Of a DNA stretch of 64,000 bases, positions 26,659 through 40,446 are shown piece after piece. The DNA is from Oikopleura dioica (lineage: Eukaryota > Animalia > Chordata): positions 4,402,001 to 4,466,000 of the forward strand of contig OU015567.1 in the NCBI GenBank assembly GCA_907165135.1. The letters are read 5' to 3'. The translations under genes and the position numbers were made by a program. Position 1 is the stretch's first letter; each line of letters starts with the position of its first letter. The notes under the pieces are model-generated. The model had not been told where the DNA came from. It searched no databases and saw only the letters and a list, made by a program, of their open reading frames with translations.

Positions 26659-26751
26659 TTAAACAGTTGCTCAATGAAATTATAAAATATTCACAAAAGG
26701 AAAAGTAACTCGATCGATTTTGCTTGTCAATCCAGGATTTCTGATAAATAA

Positions 26752-27336
26752 TTAGTTTTTAATTGAAGCCACGGGTTTTGTTTGGAGAGTGGAAGACTGA
26801 TTGAAGATCCGGTTGAGCTCCTCGTTGATGTCAAGTTTGAAGGTTTTCATTTCCGCTGCCAGCTCTTCTAGTGGACTGTCGAGCGCTAGAATAATATGAA
26901 AGTCAAATATGCAAGGTTTTCTATTGAATTGAACCCTTTGAAAGAAGAAAGAGTTAATTTCTAAGCAACTCAAACTTAGAGAAAAAGCTGAGTCAGTTTC
27001 AGAAGAGCGTAAATTAAAAGCCGCGTAGCGGCTTTTTTCTTAAACGAAGCCGCAAAGCGGCTTTGCCAGTATCGAGAAATAGATTGAACCGGTAATGTTG
27101 CGAAGCCGCTTTGCGGCTTCGATTTCTAAAAAGCCGCTACGCGACTTTTAATTAATGCTCTTCACAATCTGACTCAGGTTTTCTGCACAGGTTTCCGAGC
27201 ACATGCTAATTTATTAAAAAATCTTACCAGTTTTAATTTCCATATTTCTTTCTTCATCTTCCGGATTCGTCTCTGGCGGCGGTGGAGGCACGAAAAACGG
27301 TCTGCCATCCTTATCTCTTTGAATGATTCTTGCCAT
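26752..27336 (-). CDS. Small two-exon orphan protein (~75 aa)
   Basis: MARIIQRDKDGRPFFVPPPPPET...IKT joined by a GT-AG intron to ALDSPLEELAAEMKTFKLDINEELNRIF. Confidence 0.6.
26970..27204. mobile_element. CTGGG-family MITE copy with decayed left end, intronic
   Basis: CTGACTCAGGTTTTCTGCACAGGTTTCCGAGCAC terminus and AAGCCGC..GCGGCTT internal palindromes shared with 27832-28083. Confidence 0.8.
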
Positions 27337-27703
27337 TTTCGCTTTGAGGCATTTTCTCGAGAAAAGAATCTTTGTATTCAAAAAGTGAAAAGAAATGAAA
27401 AGAAATCGGCGACGGGCTTCGGCGCGGTCGTCACTGCGGCTCGGCATTCGCCCGATCGATCAGTTGGTGTGAACGCGGTGCCACGTCCTGGCGCTTATTA
27501 CTCTACTATCTACTCTCTTTGCTCTGATATTAAAAAAAAACAGCGTTCAAAGTCAATGACACAAGCTCAATATCACGGGCAATGGGAAAGGAAATTAATC
27601 AATTTTCGGGAATGACTCTTTCCCGAATCAACTTCACTTTTATCTGTATGAAAGAAAGGCTTTATTTACTGTAAGAAATTTTGAAAGCAAAAAGCGAAGA
27701 AAT

Positions 27704-29043
27704 TTACATCGAGTCGACTTTTTCTTCCAAAACGTCCAAAAGCGCTGAAATCTGCTTGAGTCGCTTCTGAGCGTTGTACACAATGATCATCTTCCTGTCG
27801 ATTTCTTCCATTACAGACATGGCACTGTAAGCTGGGCTCGGCAACCTGTGTACAAAACCTGAGTCAGGGTCTACAGATCGAAAGTGAAAAGCCGCGTAGC
27901 GGCTTTTATTATAATTTATAAACGAAGCCGCGAAGCGGCTTCGCAGATATGACGTACTCGATTTATAACTAATTTCTGGCGAACCCGCTTCGCGGCTTCG
28001 TTTATAAAAAAGCCGCTACGCGGCTTTTGATTTTAGATTTGTAGACCCTGACTCAGGTTTTCTACACAGGTTGCCGAGCCCAGACTGTAAGCCTTCTTGA
28101 CCGCGTGGTCACTTGCTTCGCCAAGTTCCGAGGCAAACTCGCGCATTGTTTGAGTTGTGGGAGAAGGTCCTCTCCTCTTAGGCATAGTAACTGGCTCGAA
28201 TGGCGGACAAAGTCCCCGGAGAAGTAGTGCAGTGGTAGCACACCGGTTCATGAACACGGAGGTCCCTGGTTCGACCCCAGGCTTCTTCAATACTTTTCAC
28301 TCGCCTTTGCCTGATCCTACAAACTGGTGAAGACAGTGGGTTGTCTAGGTAGCCAAAACAAACCCTAAGCTGAGATTGACAAAGGTTCACTCAGTAGCTC
28401 AGGAGAAGCTGAAGGTTGGGAGGGTTGGTAGGCTTGTAACGGTTGGGGACCGTGGCACCAGACAAAGAACCAAAACCCAAGGCGGCATATGTAAGACGAG
28501 TTGTTAGAGCAGTTACTAGGGGGAGTTGTGGGAGAAGGTCCTCTCCTCTTAGGCATAGTAACTGGCTCGAATGGCGGACAAAGTCCCCGGAGAAGTAGTG
28601 CAGTGGTAGCACACCGGTTCATGAACACGGAGGTCCCTGGTTCGACCCCAGGCTTCTTCAATACTTTTCACTCGCCTTTGCCTGATCCTACAGAGTCGTC
28701 GCAACTGTTGTCGCGGAGCTCTTGTCCAGCACTTTTGAAATTTCCAGGAGAGTTTCTTGCGAAGCCGACTGAAGTTCGTCCATTTCTTTTTCGATCTTGA
28801 GCATTAGCTCGGATGAAGGGCGGCTCGGGCTGCGAGGAGTTGGGGTTGTCAAAGAGGCGGTGAGGGATGAGCTGCACGAGGAGTCGGTTTGCTCGGAGAT
28901 GGATAGAGCATCGACGCCAGTTTCAACTAAAATTTTACTTCAAAGGTTTATGAAATAAAAAATGAGCGAAAATAATAAACAAATATTATGTCAAAAATAT
29001 ATCAAAATAATATTCAGCTGTCTGGCTTACCAAAAATATCCAT
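27704..29043 (-). CDS. Ser/Thr/Pro-rich, coiled-coil orphan protein, multi-exon
   Basis: MDIF|VETGVDALS...ELMLKIEKEMDELQ...RGPSPTT...EFASELGEASDHAVKKAY...MSVMEEIDRKMIIVYNAQKRLKQISALLDVLEEKVDSM*; splice phases consistent. Confidence 0.6.
27832..28083. mobile_element. Young 252-bp MITE (CTGGG...CCCAG family) inserted in a coding exon
   Basis: Near-perfect TIRs CTGGGCTCGGCAACCTGTGTA..AAACCTGAGTCAGGGTCTACA; exact 8-bp TSD ACTGTAAG at 27824-27831 and 28084-28091. Confidence 0.95.
28218..28289 (+). ncRNA. tRNA-like element (pseudo-tRNA or SINE head), copy 1
   Basis: Acceptor stem GGAGAAG/CTTCTTC, D stem GTGC/GCAC, T arm CCTGG-TTCGACC-CCAGG, A and B boxes, downstream TTTT; anticodon stem has two mismatches. 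Confidence 0.65.
28589..28660 (+). ncRNA. tRNA-like element, copy 2 (identical to copy 1)
   Basis: Same sequence as 28218-28289. Confidence 0.65.
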
Positions 29044-29411
29044 TATTCATAGAAGATTACGCTCCGTTTCGTAACTTTGGACGCTTGAAAAATGAAATTC
29101 TCTGTCTTCAAAAACGTGCGAAGAAGCACTGCTGATTGGCCGGTCCGAACGTCCGAGGAGTAAAAATCAATTTTTTATTTAAATTTTATGATTGCTTCAA
29201 AAAACAAGATCCACATCGGAAATAAGACGATTCAAGCTTGGGTTTCAAAGGCAATCTTACGAAGATTTCGCGTAAGAGAAAATCTCATTGGCCAATAGTA
29301 TCGATGGAAAGCTTGGTTCCCGAGGGCGAAGATGGGAACGCAGATACAGATTCAAAGAAGACTTCGCTAGAGACATTTTTGGTCAGAACAGAGAAAACGG
29401 AGTTTGAAAGG

Positions 29412-31272
29412 ATGAAGGTTCTGGTTGTCGGCGGCGGCCTCACTGGTGGAATGATTTCATATTTTTTGAGAGGAGTGAAGCAGTTCAAAATTACTTGCTG
29501 GGAAAAGGTAATTGATCAAAATCAGTACTATCAACAAGTATTTTAACTGTTGTTGTAAAAACTTTTTTAGACTCATTTCCTTGTTTTAATCCCGAACTCT
29601 TTTCAGAGTCTGTCACAGAAAAAAAAATTAAAGAACCAATTTATGAGTCTTATTATGGTGTTTCCCTTTGTTAATTTTCCCCCTTGTTCACAGGATAAAC
29701 GTCAGCAAAAATCTGAATTAAGCAGGATAGACTTAGGCAAACGGTTCCCGAGTTAGCAGCATAAACTTTGGCTAATTGGGTCTGAGTTAGCAGGATGAAC
29801 TTTGGCACCAAGTTAACAGGGCTGAAGGAATCACCATTGTTCTGCCTCACGGCCTCAGTAATGATTCACCTACCCTGTTAACTTGGTGCCAAAGTTTTTC
29901 CTGCTAACTCAGACCCAATTTGCCAAAGTTTATGCTGCTAACTAGGGAACCTTTTGCCTAAGTCTATCCTGCTTAATTCAGATTTTTGCCGACGTTTATC
30001 CTGTTAACTAGGGGGTGGTCTATATAATATAGCCTATATTAAAGATAATTTAGTCTCGAGGATTGGGAGGAAGAGCAGCCACAAAAAGATCCAACAAAAT
30101 CTCCGGTTGCCAAGCTGATACTGGTCTCCAGGTATGATAATTATATTTTAATCGCTTTGAAATCGATTAAATTTTTTAAGTACCTAACCCGATATGAGAA
30201 GAGCGCGAGGCATGATAATTTATACGATTTTCTTTCCGGAAAAGGCTTGATTTCAAAACTCGATGTGAAGGACATTTCTCACATGAAAAGCGGATCTGAA
30301 AAGATGCAACACTACAAAGCTGTAAATGGCAGCAACACCATCGCGAAGGTACTTTTTCTGAATGAGTTTCGGGTAGAATTGAAATTCAGACTCTCTGGGA
30401 AGAATCAAATGCGGAAGTCATGAAATTGCAAAAGCTGAAATCACTTGATTACTCAGAAGATGGAGTTGTTGCCGAGAATGAAAAAGGCGAAAAGGAAAAA
30501 TTCGACCTCGTCCTATTGGTAACTTTTCATCCCTTTTCGAACCAATGACCATGTTTTTTCAGACGATTCCTGTGCCGCAAATTATCAGGGACATTTCATT
30601 CACTCCTCCGATCGAGAAAAATGCAAGAGAGCAGCTTGAAAAGGTCAAATTCTCATCCCGATTCGCGCTGGTCTACTTTTTTGGCGACAACTACGATATT
30701 GACAGTAGAGTCGCAGGAAGTTACGCAGCGAACAAGGATGATCCAATCGTTTACTGGCACATTGATGGTGAGTTCGATTTTAATTCGGGATTTTATCGGT
30801 TTTTAGAGGCGAAAAGATTCGGAATGGACACAGAGAAGAATTTCCGGACAATTATGTTTCACTTCAAAAAGGGGCTTTATTGCGATTTAACTCCTGCAGA
30901 AGCCCTTCCGAAACTTCAGGAACATGTAGCCCAGAGCTTTCCAAAACTAGTACGAAAAAGCTTTTTATCACGTTTTTCTTACACCCCGATTTTAGCCCAC
31001 CCCGGCCGAAGCAGTCCCCCATCGTTGGCTATTTAGCCAAGTTGATGAGAAATTTCCAGGATCAGAGGTAAACACTCAACTTCTACTGGCTTTGTCTAAC
31101 GAGCTTTTTCTAGGGATATTTGTCCCTGAATGACCAGATAATAATTTGCGGCGACTCGTTTGGAACTCGAGGAAACTTCGATGGATGCGCCGAGTCTGCA
31201 AGTCAAACAGCTGATCATATTCTTTCATTACTGCCAAAAGAAGCTGAAATTTCAACGGAAAAGGATAAATAA
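29412..31272 (+). CDS. RNLS: Renalase-like FAD-dependent oxidoreductase
   Basis: MKVLVVGGGLTG Rossmann start, CWEKSRGLGGRA, ADTGLQYLT, DLVLLTIPVPQI, SSRFALVYFF, HRWLFSQV, CGDSFGTRGNFDGCAESA. Confidence 0.9.
29679..30015. mobile_element. Palindromic MITE (~140-bp TIRs) in renalase intron 1
   Basis: Arms CCCCCTTGTTCACAGGATAAACG... and ...CGTTTATCCTGTTAACTAGGGGG with GTTAGCAG subrepeats; no clear TSD. Confidence 0.8.
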
Positions 31273-31426
31273 AGATACTTTCAAAACATGATTCGGCTTT
31301 TGTCTCATCCAAAAATACCATCTTTTCTCCATCAAACAAAATAAAAACCTCAACCGCGCGGTTGAAAAAGGTCACTTTCCCGACCCCCTTCTCTTTCTCC
31401 CAAAAAACTTCTTTTTCAAAACAAAA

Positions 31427-32190
31427 ATGACGGAAAAAGAAAGCGCCGGGAATTTCAGCAAAATCAGCTCGGTCAATTTACAGTCAGAAAGCTACGCTAC
31501 TGTCACCGACTTCACAGAGAATGACTCAAAATCTTCCTTTACTTCTGCTTCGGAAATATCAGAAGAAGATTCTGATGGAAACGTCCTTTTCGTCCAGGAA
31601 AAACCGAAGATGAACAAGATCGAGCTTGGGGCTTGGAAAAATGCGAGCTTGAACGATACTTCTTTTCTGTCAGAAGAGTCGGGCAATGAAGACCCAGTGA
31701 AAGAAAGCTTTGCGTCGATTGATCACGCGGAAATGGTCAGATTGAGATATGAAGCGAGGCAAAATGATCCACCAAGAATCAACAAGGTACGCCCTTAATA
31801 ATGTCCCCCCCTTTTTCAATGCAAAAATTACATTTTCAGCCGACAATTGTGCAGACTTCCACTCTTCTCTCCCAAATATCCGAAAGCCCTTATTCCCTCA
31901 ACCCTCTATCAGAAGAAAAAGAGCCCCCAGCGCAGGTCAAAAAGCCGCTGAAAATCGACAAAGTCGTTGAAATCACCTATCCAAAGGGACAAAAGCCACT
32001 GAAGCAGTTCGGCCGAAAACCTGTCATTCCAATTCAAGATCCAAAAGAGCTCCTCTTTGACATCACGAAAGAAGCAAGAAGAGAGTCAAAAGTCCAAAGA
32101 GAGAATGGTGGGAATGTCGAAGCAAAGAAAATGTCGATTCCGGGGAATGAAACGGGCATTGATTTTACAGGAATTCGGTCAAGAAATTAA
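31427..32190 (+). CDS. Acidic/Ser-rich orphan protein, two exons
   Basis: ORFs 31427-31798 and 31801-32190 join in frame through a short GT-AG intron; lies 155 bp after renalase. Confidence 0.6.
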
Positions 32191-32290
32191 TGAGTTAATT
32201 TATTAGCAGAATTTTCGTGAACAGGGAAAAAGGTTATGCTCAGAAGAGAAATTTGAACTAAAAATTGGTACAGTAAGAATTTTTCGCGAA

Positions 32291-32659
32291 TCACTTTTTA
32301 AGTGGTCGAGAGAAAGTGTAGGAGTCTAAGGAGTCTTCGTTGAAGAAATCTTCAACCTTTTTCAGCGCCTTTTCTTCGTTCAATTTCGCCTCGAACAGGA
32401 TCTCTTCCATTTTTGAAATTTCCGACACTTCCTTCAGCATCAAGTCGCGGAGAGCAATAAGTCCTTTTGGAGAGTTTGTGCTGTCCATAAGATCGCCGAG
32501 ACTTTTGAGCTTATTTTCGCGCTCTTGGATTTTGTATTCGTAGTTTTTCAGAAGTGGAATAAGGGAGTTTTCGAAGAGCGAGTCGTTTGAGCTGTTGTCT
32601 TCTGGCTGCGAGAGGATGAAGAGCTTTTCTTGCTTTGAGAGTTTGATTCGTTTCGCCAT
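32291..32659 (-). CDS. Single-exon coiled-coil orphan (122 aa)
   Basis: ATG-to-stop ORF; TATATAA on the minus strand at ~32725. Confidence 0.6.
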   Translation of the reverse strand: MAKRIKLSKQEKLFILSQPEDNSSNDSLFENSLIPLLKNYEYKIQERENKLKSLGDLMDSTNSPKGLIALRDLMLKEVSEISKMEEILFEAKLNEEKALKKVEDFFNEDSLDSYTFSRPLKK

Positions 32660-33010
32660 TTTTTAGTTAGTTGGTTTTTGTTGTTTTATTTTTTGATGAT
32701 GGTTTTCTAGAGCGACGGATTATATACCCGCGCGCAGGGGTAAACAGATGGCGCGGGCCTTGGGCCAGGTGAGATCTGCCCCCAGGTGATCATTGAAATC
32801 AACGATCTGGAATCAATCTCATCATTGAGATCTCAAAGGCTCTTCCATGAATTCTGAATAACAAACAGACAAGCATTATTATTCCGAGTAGATAGCATTT
32901 GAAATTTCAATTACAAAAGTATGCTTCTTTTGAATAATGCATTTTCTTGACCGAAAACAGCAATTTACCGGGAAAAACTTGAACAAGAAAAGCAACAAAT
33001 CGAAGAAGCG

Positions 33011-34079
33011 ATGAAGCCAAAAGAGCCGAAGAAAGAAAATTCAGCACCAGAAAGGACTGTGAGCAAAGTTGGGACAAACATAGGAAGAGTCATTTACGAT
33101 CACAGCTCGGGGATCGAAACGATGGTCAGGAATCAAAGCTCTTTTAGCACGAATACTCTGAAGCCCCTGATTTCGCGCCAAGAAACCATCAGGAATTCGA
33201 CATATCTGGAACAAATAGAAACTTCCGAGCATCGAAACCTCGGTTTTATCGTAAATTTGATACGATTCATTTGGGCGACGTTTAATTTTCTCATCATGGG
33301 TCTTGGAATTTGCCTGATTGTTGGAGGAACATGGGCGTTGTTGAGACTTCGATTGGACAATATTCAGAACCCGCTTCGAGTCACGAGCGAGCCGCTCTTT
33401 TTTGTGATTATTCTTGGCTGTGTTCTTATTCTAGTGAGTTTTGATGGAGCACTGGCTTTTTTCAGAGGAAATACGCTTATGATTACTGTTCATGCTTGGC
33501 TCCTTGTCGGGCTTTTTCTCGTAGCAACGTTATGTTCCATCGTTCTTTGGAGCTTTTCAAAGACGATCAAGCAAATTCTGATTACTGGCATTTTCGACTT
33601 GCTTTATGAATACTCGCCGGATAGAAAAAGCGTCCAGTTTATTCTCGATTGGTATCAGCAGGAGTACAAATGCTGTGGAGTGCTTAAGCCAGAAGATTGG
33701 GAGCTCAATACTTTCTTTTGCAATTTTGTTGATCAAGCTCATGGTCTCTGTAAACCGCCGAATTCTTGCTGCAAAGGTTAGATTATCAGCTCTAGAAAAG
33801 TGAAAGACGCTTTTGTTTTCAGATTTCGTTCCCTGTACTTTCGAAGAATCTTTCAAAAAAGGCTGCTTGGAAAGAACGGAAGAATTCTCCGGGAAAATAA
33901 TCGCCATTCTCAGCATTATTTGGTCCTCGATTTGGCTGATTATGATTCTGCAAATTCTATCGTCCAAGTTTCTCAAGCGAAGAATCCGTCTTCACGAAAA
34001 ATGGAAGGAAACGTATCAAGATGCAAAGTTTCATGCGATTGGGGAGGAAATTAAGATCAAAATGCAAAGTCTAAATTGA
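33011..34079 (+). CDS. Tetraspanin, TspanC8-like (TSPAN5/14/15/17/33 group)
   Basis: Four TMs; large loop with CCG, DW..N.FFC, P.SCC and KGC, eight Cys in total; one short intron. Confidence 0.88.
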
Positions 34080-35009
34080 ACGGTTTTTTTGCTGGATTTC
34101 AATAGATCTGTAAATAAAACGCCAATGTCTCCTAAACGGCCTTGTTCTGGGAAATTTGATTTGTCAATATTTATTCGACCGGAACACGCCCGGGGCAGTA
34201 AAATTTTCATCCTGTAGCTGACCCGTATTTTCGCCGCTTTACCGCTTTCCTCCATGATTTCAAGCCGACCGGAAGGTCCGATGACTTCGAACAATCTCTG
34301 CAAATAAAGAATCGATTAAACTTTGTTACGAATCTCTGCGTAAGCTCGTTGACAAGATTTTCTTCATTTTTCTGAGGCGGAAGGCAAATATTGCCAGAAC
34401 AAATTTTTCTATTTAAAAAATTGAAAACTTCGATTTCGATAAGAAGAAATCAGAAGCCCTTTTAATGAGCGGGTTAATTATAAAGAGAATTTTCTGGTCC
34501 TTTGGAGCTGTTGCTGAACTCTTTCTATTCTCAGGTAAACTGAATTGTTACGTAATGTACTGTCTGTAAATTGACAGTTAAAACAGTAAAGAAAAGAATA
34601 AAGTATATTTTACAAACTTCGTAAAAATCGGAACTTCCGTGACGAGAAAAGGAAGATTACTTTGATCTGACCTAACTGATCATACACTAAACTTCTAGTA
34701 TAAAAGCTTCCCGGAAGAAGAATTTTTACATAAATCTAGGTCAAGGACGGCACTATTTATTGAGTCGTAATAACTCGTTTAAAATACGCCTTTTTAGTCT
34801 GAAAATTTTATTTTCAAAAAGAGCAGGGGCGGATATTTTCAAATCAGATGATTTTTTAAAGCTTTTTTTAAAAAATCTGATTAATAATAAAGTAAATTTA
34901 AAATTGGCGATTTTGAATAAAAATTTATAAAAAAGACTGATTTGATTAAATAATGTCGATCCTTGGGCAGAAAAATTGAAAAGAGATTTCATAAAAATTG
35001 GAAAACAAA

Positions 35010-36841
35010 ATGAGCCAGAGGATATTATGGTTTGTGTCCGTTTTGGTGGAGGCCATGCTTTTTGGAGGTTTATAAATAAGGGGCGAGAAATAAAGGGTTG
35101 AAGGGTCATTTTCTTAAAATTATAAGTAATAATTTAGGTGTCGCTTTTGGCTTTCCTTTCATCGAATATGAGCTGAAATCAGAGGGAATCTTTTACGAAA
35201 CAAAATGCTCAAATGGAACAGATGACATTTGGGGCCCTGGAAAGAAACTCTGCAACGACGCTTTGAAATTGTACAATACGTTGTTTACTGTAGCAGTGGT
35301 TTCCTGCACGATAGGAGTGTTTTTGACTGGATTTATTCTGGACAAGATCGGGATGTTTTGGACGAGGATGTTTTACTGCACCATTACGACTCTAGGTAAC
35401 AAGATTTTTTTATCTTCGAGCTTTTCATCAAATTATAGGCTATGTAATGATGGCTCTTTATACCTCCAATGAGCTTTTGCTTTTCCCCGGTCTGGTCTTT
35501 CTCGCTTGGTCTGGCCTTGCATACCTGGTCATCAACAATGTTTGCGTCTCAATAATGGGCAGATTCGCTGGAGTCTCCGTTATCATCTTTTCCGGAACGT
35601 TTGATGCTTCTAGCGCTACTTTTCTCGTCCTCAGCAAAATGACTGGCACTTTCGGGAAGGGGCAAAATTTTGTTTGAATAGATTTTTTTCCGCGAAAATT
35701 TTTGACCTTTTCTGAAGATCTCTCGACGATGCTTGGATTTCTAGCGGTTATATCCGTCTTCATCCATTTCAGAACATTCTTCATGATGCCATACGCAATG
35801 CCGGGCAAAGAATGGGCCGAGGGAAACTTTTTGCGGTCGAATATTGTGTCCAAATGTCAGAAAGTAGGCGAAAACTCCGAAATCAAGGAAGAAAAATCGG
35901 AAAAGAATGAGCCTGAAAAAGAGAAAATTCCGTTGAAAGAAAGCTGTCTCAATCCGACATTTCTCTTATTTGCCACTGTTTTTGTTGTTTATTCGACGAG
36001 GGTTAAGGCTCTCCAAGGTGATTATTGGCGAATAGCGGGATAAATGATTTTCAGGCTGGATCTATCCTTGGATGGAATGGTCGTACGCCAAAGTCCCGGG
36101 AGACGGAGCAGAAATTGAAGCACATGTTGGAAATCTCCTCGAAATCTATGGGCTGCTTCTTTTTGCCTCGCCACTGTTCGCCGCGCTGCCAGAACTATTT
36201 AGCTGGGTCGGAAGCAAGTTGAATAGAAATGGAATTCTCAACGGAGATATGATTTCTTTGACGATAATCATGAGTTATTCAGCCATAGCGTGCTCGGTTT
36301 GCTCGGGTCAGATGATGTATCGGGTAAAAATAAAACGTATAGGGCTTGATGAAGGGTTCTTTAGGCGAAGGATTTGGACGATAATGCGAATGCATATGCG
36401 CTGATAGTGATTTTTTCGATTGCGAAGACGATTGTTTATGCTGCTCCGAATATGGTAAGTTCAAATTTTACTGCAAAAGGCACATTTTTATTTGGTATTC
36501 AGTTTCTTTTCTACATGTTCCCTCCTGAGCATTTCGGCTCCCTCTACGGCATCCTCACGGCTCCTGGAATCGTCACCATGTGGTTCATCGACCCTCTTTT
36601 CCGCCTGATTCTCGGCGACTCCGAAAGTCTTGCTGATGCTGATTTCGCACCAGTTTCTATCGGATTCGCCGTGCTTTGCGGAGTTGGTCTCGTTCAAGTC
36701 TTTTTGCCGAAAATTGGTCTGATTCCGGCGGCGAAAAGAATGTGCAGGGAGCGACAGATTCAGTCAGAAAGAACGAATGAAGAATCGCATGGAATTGATA
36801 ATAAAGGATTCGAGTTGGAGAAATCAGAAGATATGTTTTGA
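35010..36841 (+). CDS. SLC43-family MFS transporter (LAT3/LAT4/SLC43A3-like), full-length copy
   Basis: VLVEAMLFGGVAFGFPFIEYELKSEGIFY, GFILDKIGMFWTR, SGTFDASSATF, FPPEHFGSLYG. Confidence 0.82.
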
Positions 36842-37059
36842 GGAATTCTTCATGTTCTTCTACTGAGCTGTCTCTGTACATAAATAAAACAGTATGAAAT
36901 TAAGTGGATACGTCATCTTTAGCGCCTACAAAAATGTTTTCTGAATAACTAACAGTAATATTGACGAAAAAACACGCTGAAGACAATGTTTTTCGCTTTA
37001 AAAACGCATTGAATTCGATTCAAATCAGATTCAGAGTCGCTGCACTAGAATACAAAAAT

Positions 37060-37329
37060 ATGTTGATTTTTCGATTGTCCTTTCTTATATCAGGCATATT
37101 TTCATCTTGGACATTTTGGGATGATATTCTCCCCAGCGAGGAAGTCAGATCGGTTTTACATAATAACGGAACGGATGAAAAATATTTTTTTGAGTTTTTT
37201 TTTTAAAATTCGAAATTCTAGCAAATAGAATATTCAACATCCGAGAGTAAAGACAACACAGAAGATGGCGATGTTGAGGGCTTGAAAGAATTCATCCATC
37301 ATTTCGCATCCAAATTCCGAAATCTTTGA
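37060..37329 (+). CDS. Small secreted peptide (~70 aa), copy 1, with GA-AG intron 37174-37221
   Basis: MLIFRLSFLISGIFSSWTFWDDILPSEEVRSVLHNNGT|QIEYSTSESKDNTEDGDVEGLKEFIHHFASKFRNL*. Confidence 0.6.
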
Positions 37330-37396
37330 TGATTGATGCTGGTTTTTGTATTTATTTATGTTTTTTTATCAAAATAAATTTGCATATTTTTTGTAT

Positions 37397-38373
37397 TCAT
37401 TTTTTGTTGACTTCGACATTGGACTTTGGCGCGCCTTGATCAGTGAGTCCTTTGATTTCCACGTGACTAAAAGAAGTACATGAGCAAATAATTCAACTCA
37501 AAGAGTCCTTACTCAAAGAGCTTTGCCATCAGCGCTGCTTCGACAAAGTAAACCAACAAGTCGAACCACCAGAAAACGTTTGCTGCCACAGCTGCTCCGC
37601 TCTTTCTGCAAAAAGATGTTTTTCGGAAATAAGGGGATCACCTACGAAATGGTGATTATAGCAGCGGCGAAGGCAAAGTGGTAAAGAATGAACCACATGA
37701 TTTTCTCCAGCGTTGGCATTCCACTCCACGTAAAGCATTGGCACTTATCTTGAATTATCAGAGCTGGCCACCAGAATAAACTAGAACTGTTCGAGCGCAT
37801 GATAAATACGGACATCAGACCTGATGATAGAGACGGAAAAGGCAAAAGCCCAGTTAGACGGAAACCAGCAATTGCCATTGTGGCAAACAGCTACCAGGCA
37901 GCAGATGAATGCGATCAGCTCGAAAATGATGTGAAGAGCCCATATTTTGGTTGGATCAGAGGTCTAAATATCAGCCGAAATCCTAGTGCGAAAGTTTATG
38001 ATCGATCCATTTTTGGAAAGATAAAATGGGTTGGTTTCAATCTGATTAAAGTAAAAACATCTGCATTCGACAATAAATTCAGAATTTTTTTTGAATTATC
38101 ATAGAAAATGAAACATCAGTTTTTCCAGCACACATTTGATTTAAATATGGCAAGAACTGTTTTTTAATGTTAAATAATTCAAATAAATAATCAAACCAAA
38201 AAGCCTAAAAATGAGTTTCTGCTCGACCATCTTCAACTCTCTTCTTTTTCTCTTATGTTTGCACTTTTCGAAGCGTTCAGTGTCCCTATGAAATGACTTC
38301 TCAGAATGGCCTTCTAGTTGGCTTTCTGTCAAACGCTACGAAATTCCTCCGGACACTGGAAATCCCGATTCAT
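37397..38373 (-). CDS. MARVEL-domain four-TM protein (CMTM/MAL/plasmolipin-like), copy 1
   Basis: Spliced ALHIIFELIAFICC...WAFAFSVSII...LEKIMWFILYHFAF...AAVAANVFWWFDLLVYFVEA. Confidence 0.65.
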
Positions 38374-38748
38374 GAGCTGTAATAAAATAAGATATCTGTA
38401 GCGGATCACGTGAGCTTTCCCGCTGAGCGCAAATTCTGGAAGAAAAGATGAAGATTAAATTAATTCAACGATTGTCAGAGCTAAAGATAATTTAATTTTC
38501 GAATATTTCGGTAAATGTTTTTTGAAATCAACAAGGACTCATTTCTTCTGTTTATATTTTTGGAAGTGCGATTCGTTTTGGAAGATCCCCAAAAATAAAA
38601 ACGAAGATCCAAAATCTGGAGAGCCTATTTGCTTTGCAGTTAAATAAAATTTGTATTCTCACCCCGCCCTGTGCGTCTTGTCTTGGCAAATACGTTTCTC
38701 TAAATTATTACGATATTTGATATAATCGAGAAAAGAGGCAGAGAGAGC

Positions 38749-40020
<1,272 letters not shown>

Positions 40021-40021
40021 A

Positions 40022-40446
40022 TTACTTGTTTGCTTTTCGAAGAGCTTTCAGTGCCCAAGAATCCGTCATGTGATCCTCGATTTGATACTTTTCAAAAAAA
40101 TATTCAAAAAATGACTTTTGCTCAAACTCGAATTTCTGTCGCAGGTTTTTCGGAGTGTGAGGAGAATTGAGCTTCACAGGGCTTTCGGGCAAAGAGCTGA
40201 CGAAATTTTCGATCGCGCGGATTTTTTCGATATTTGTATCAACCCCTCTAGAATCGGTTTAGATGAAATGAGACTGAAGAGAAGCTTACGTTATATTGGT
40301 ACAAGATGCAGTTTGCCGGGATCTTCTTCGTTGGAAAATTGTGCTGGATTCTTTTGTCGATAATTTATGAAAACCATCATTTCTTAAAATTTGTCGAAAT
40401 AATTACCGTATTTTTTCTTAGCAAACCTTCTCGTAAAAAAGCTCAT
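40022..40446 (-). CDS. Short multi-exon orphan, copy 1
   Basis: Last exon IEKIRAIENFVSSLPESPVKLNSPHTPKNLRQKFEFEQKSFF...ALRKANK*; upstream GT donors; start uncertain. Confidence 0.4.

Larger units (their letters stand above)
28152..28692 (+). repeat. Identical 170-bp direct repeat (28152-28321 and 28523-28692)
   Basis: Sequences read identical at an offset of 371 bp. Confidence 0.9.

Noticed and set aside
28218-28289. Calling it a functional tRNA-His or tRNA-Met gene
   Set aside because: Anticodon stem has two mismatches and the anticodon is ambiguous; kept only as tRNA-like.
34753-35109. 118-aa minus-strand ORF
   Set aside because: AT-rich F/K/L-biased frame over promoter or intron sequence, antisense to the SLC43 start.
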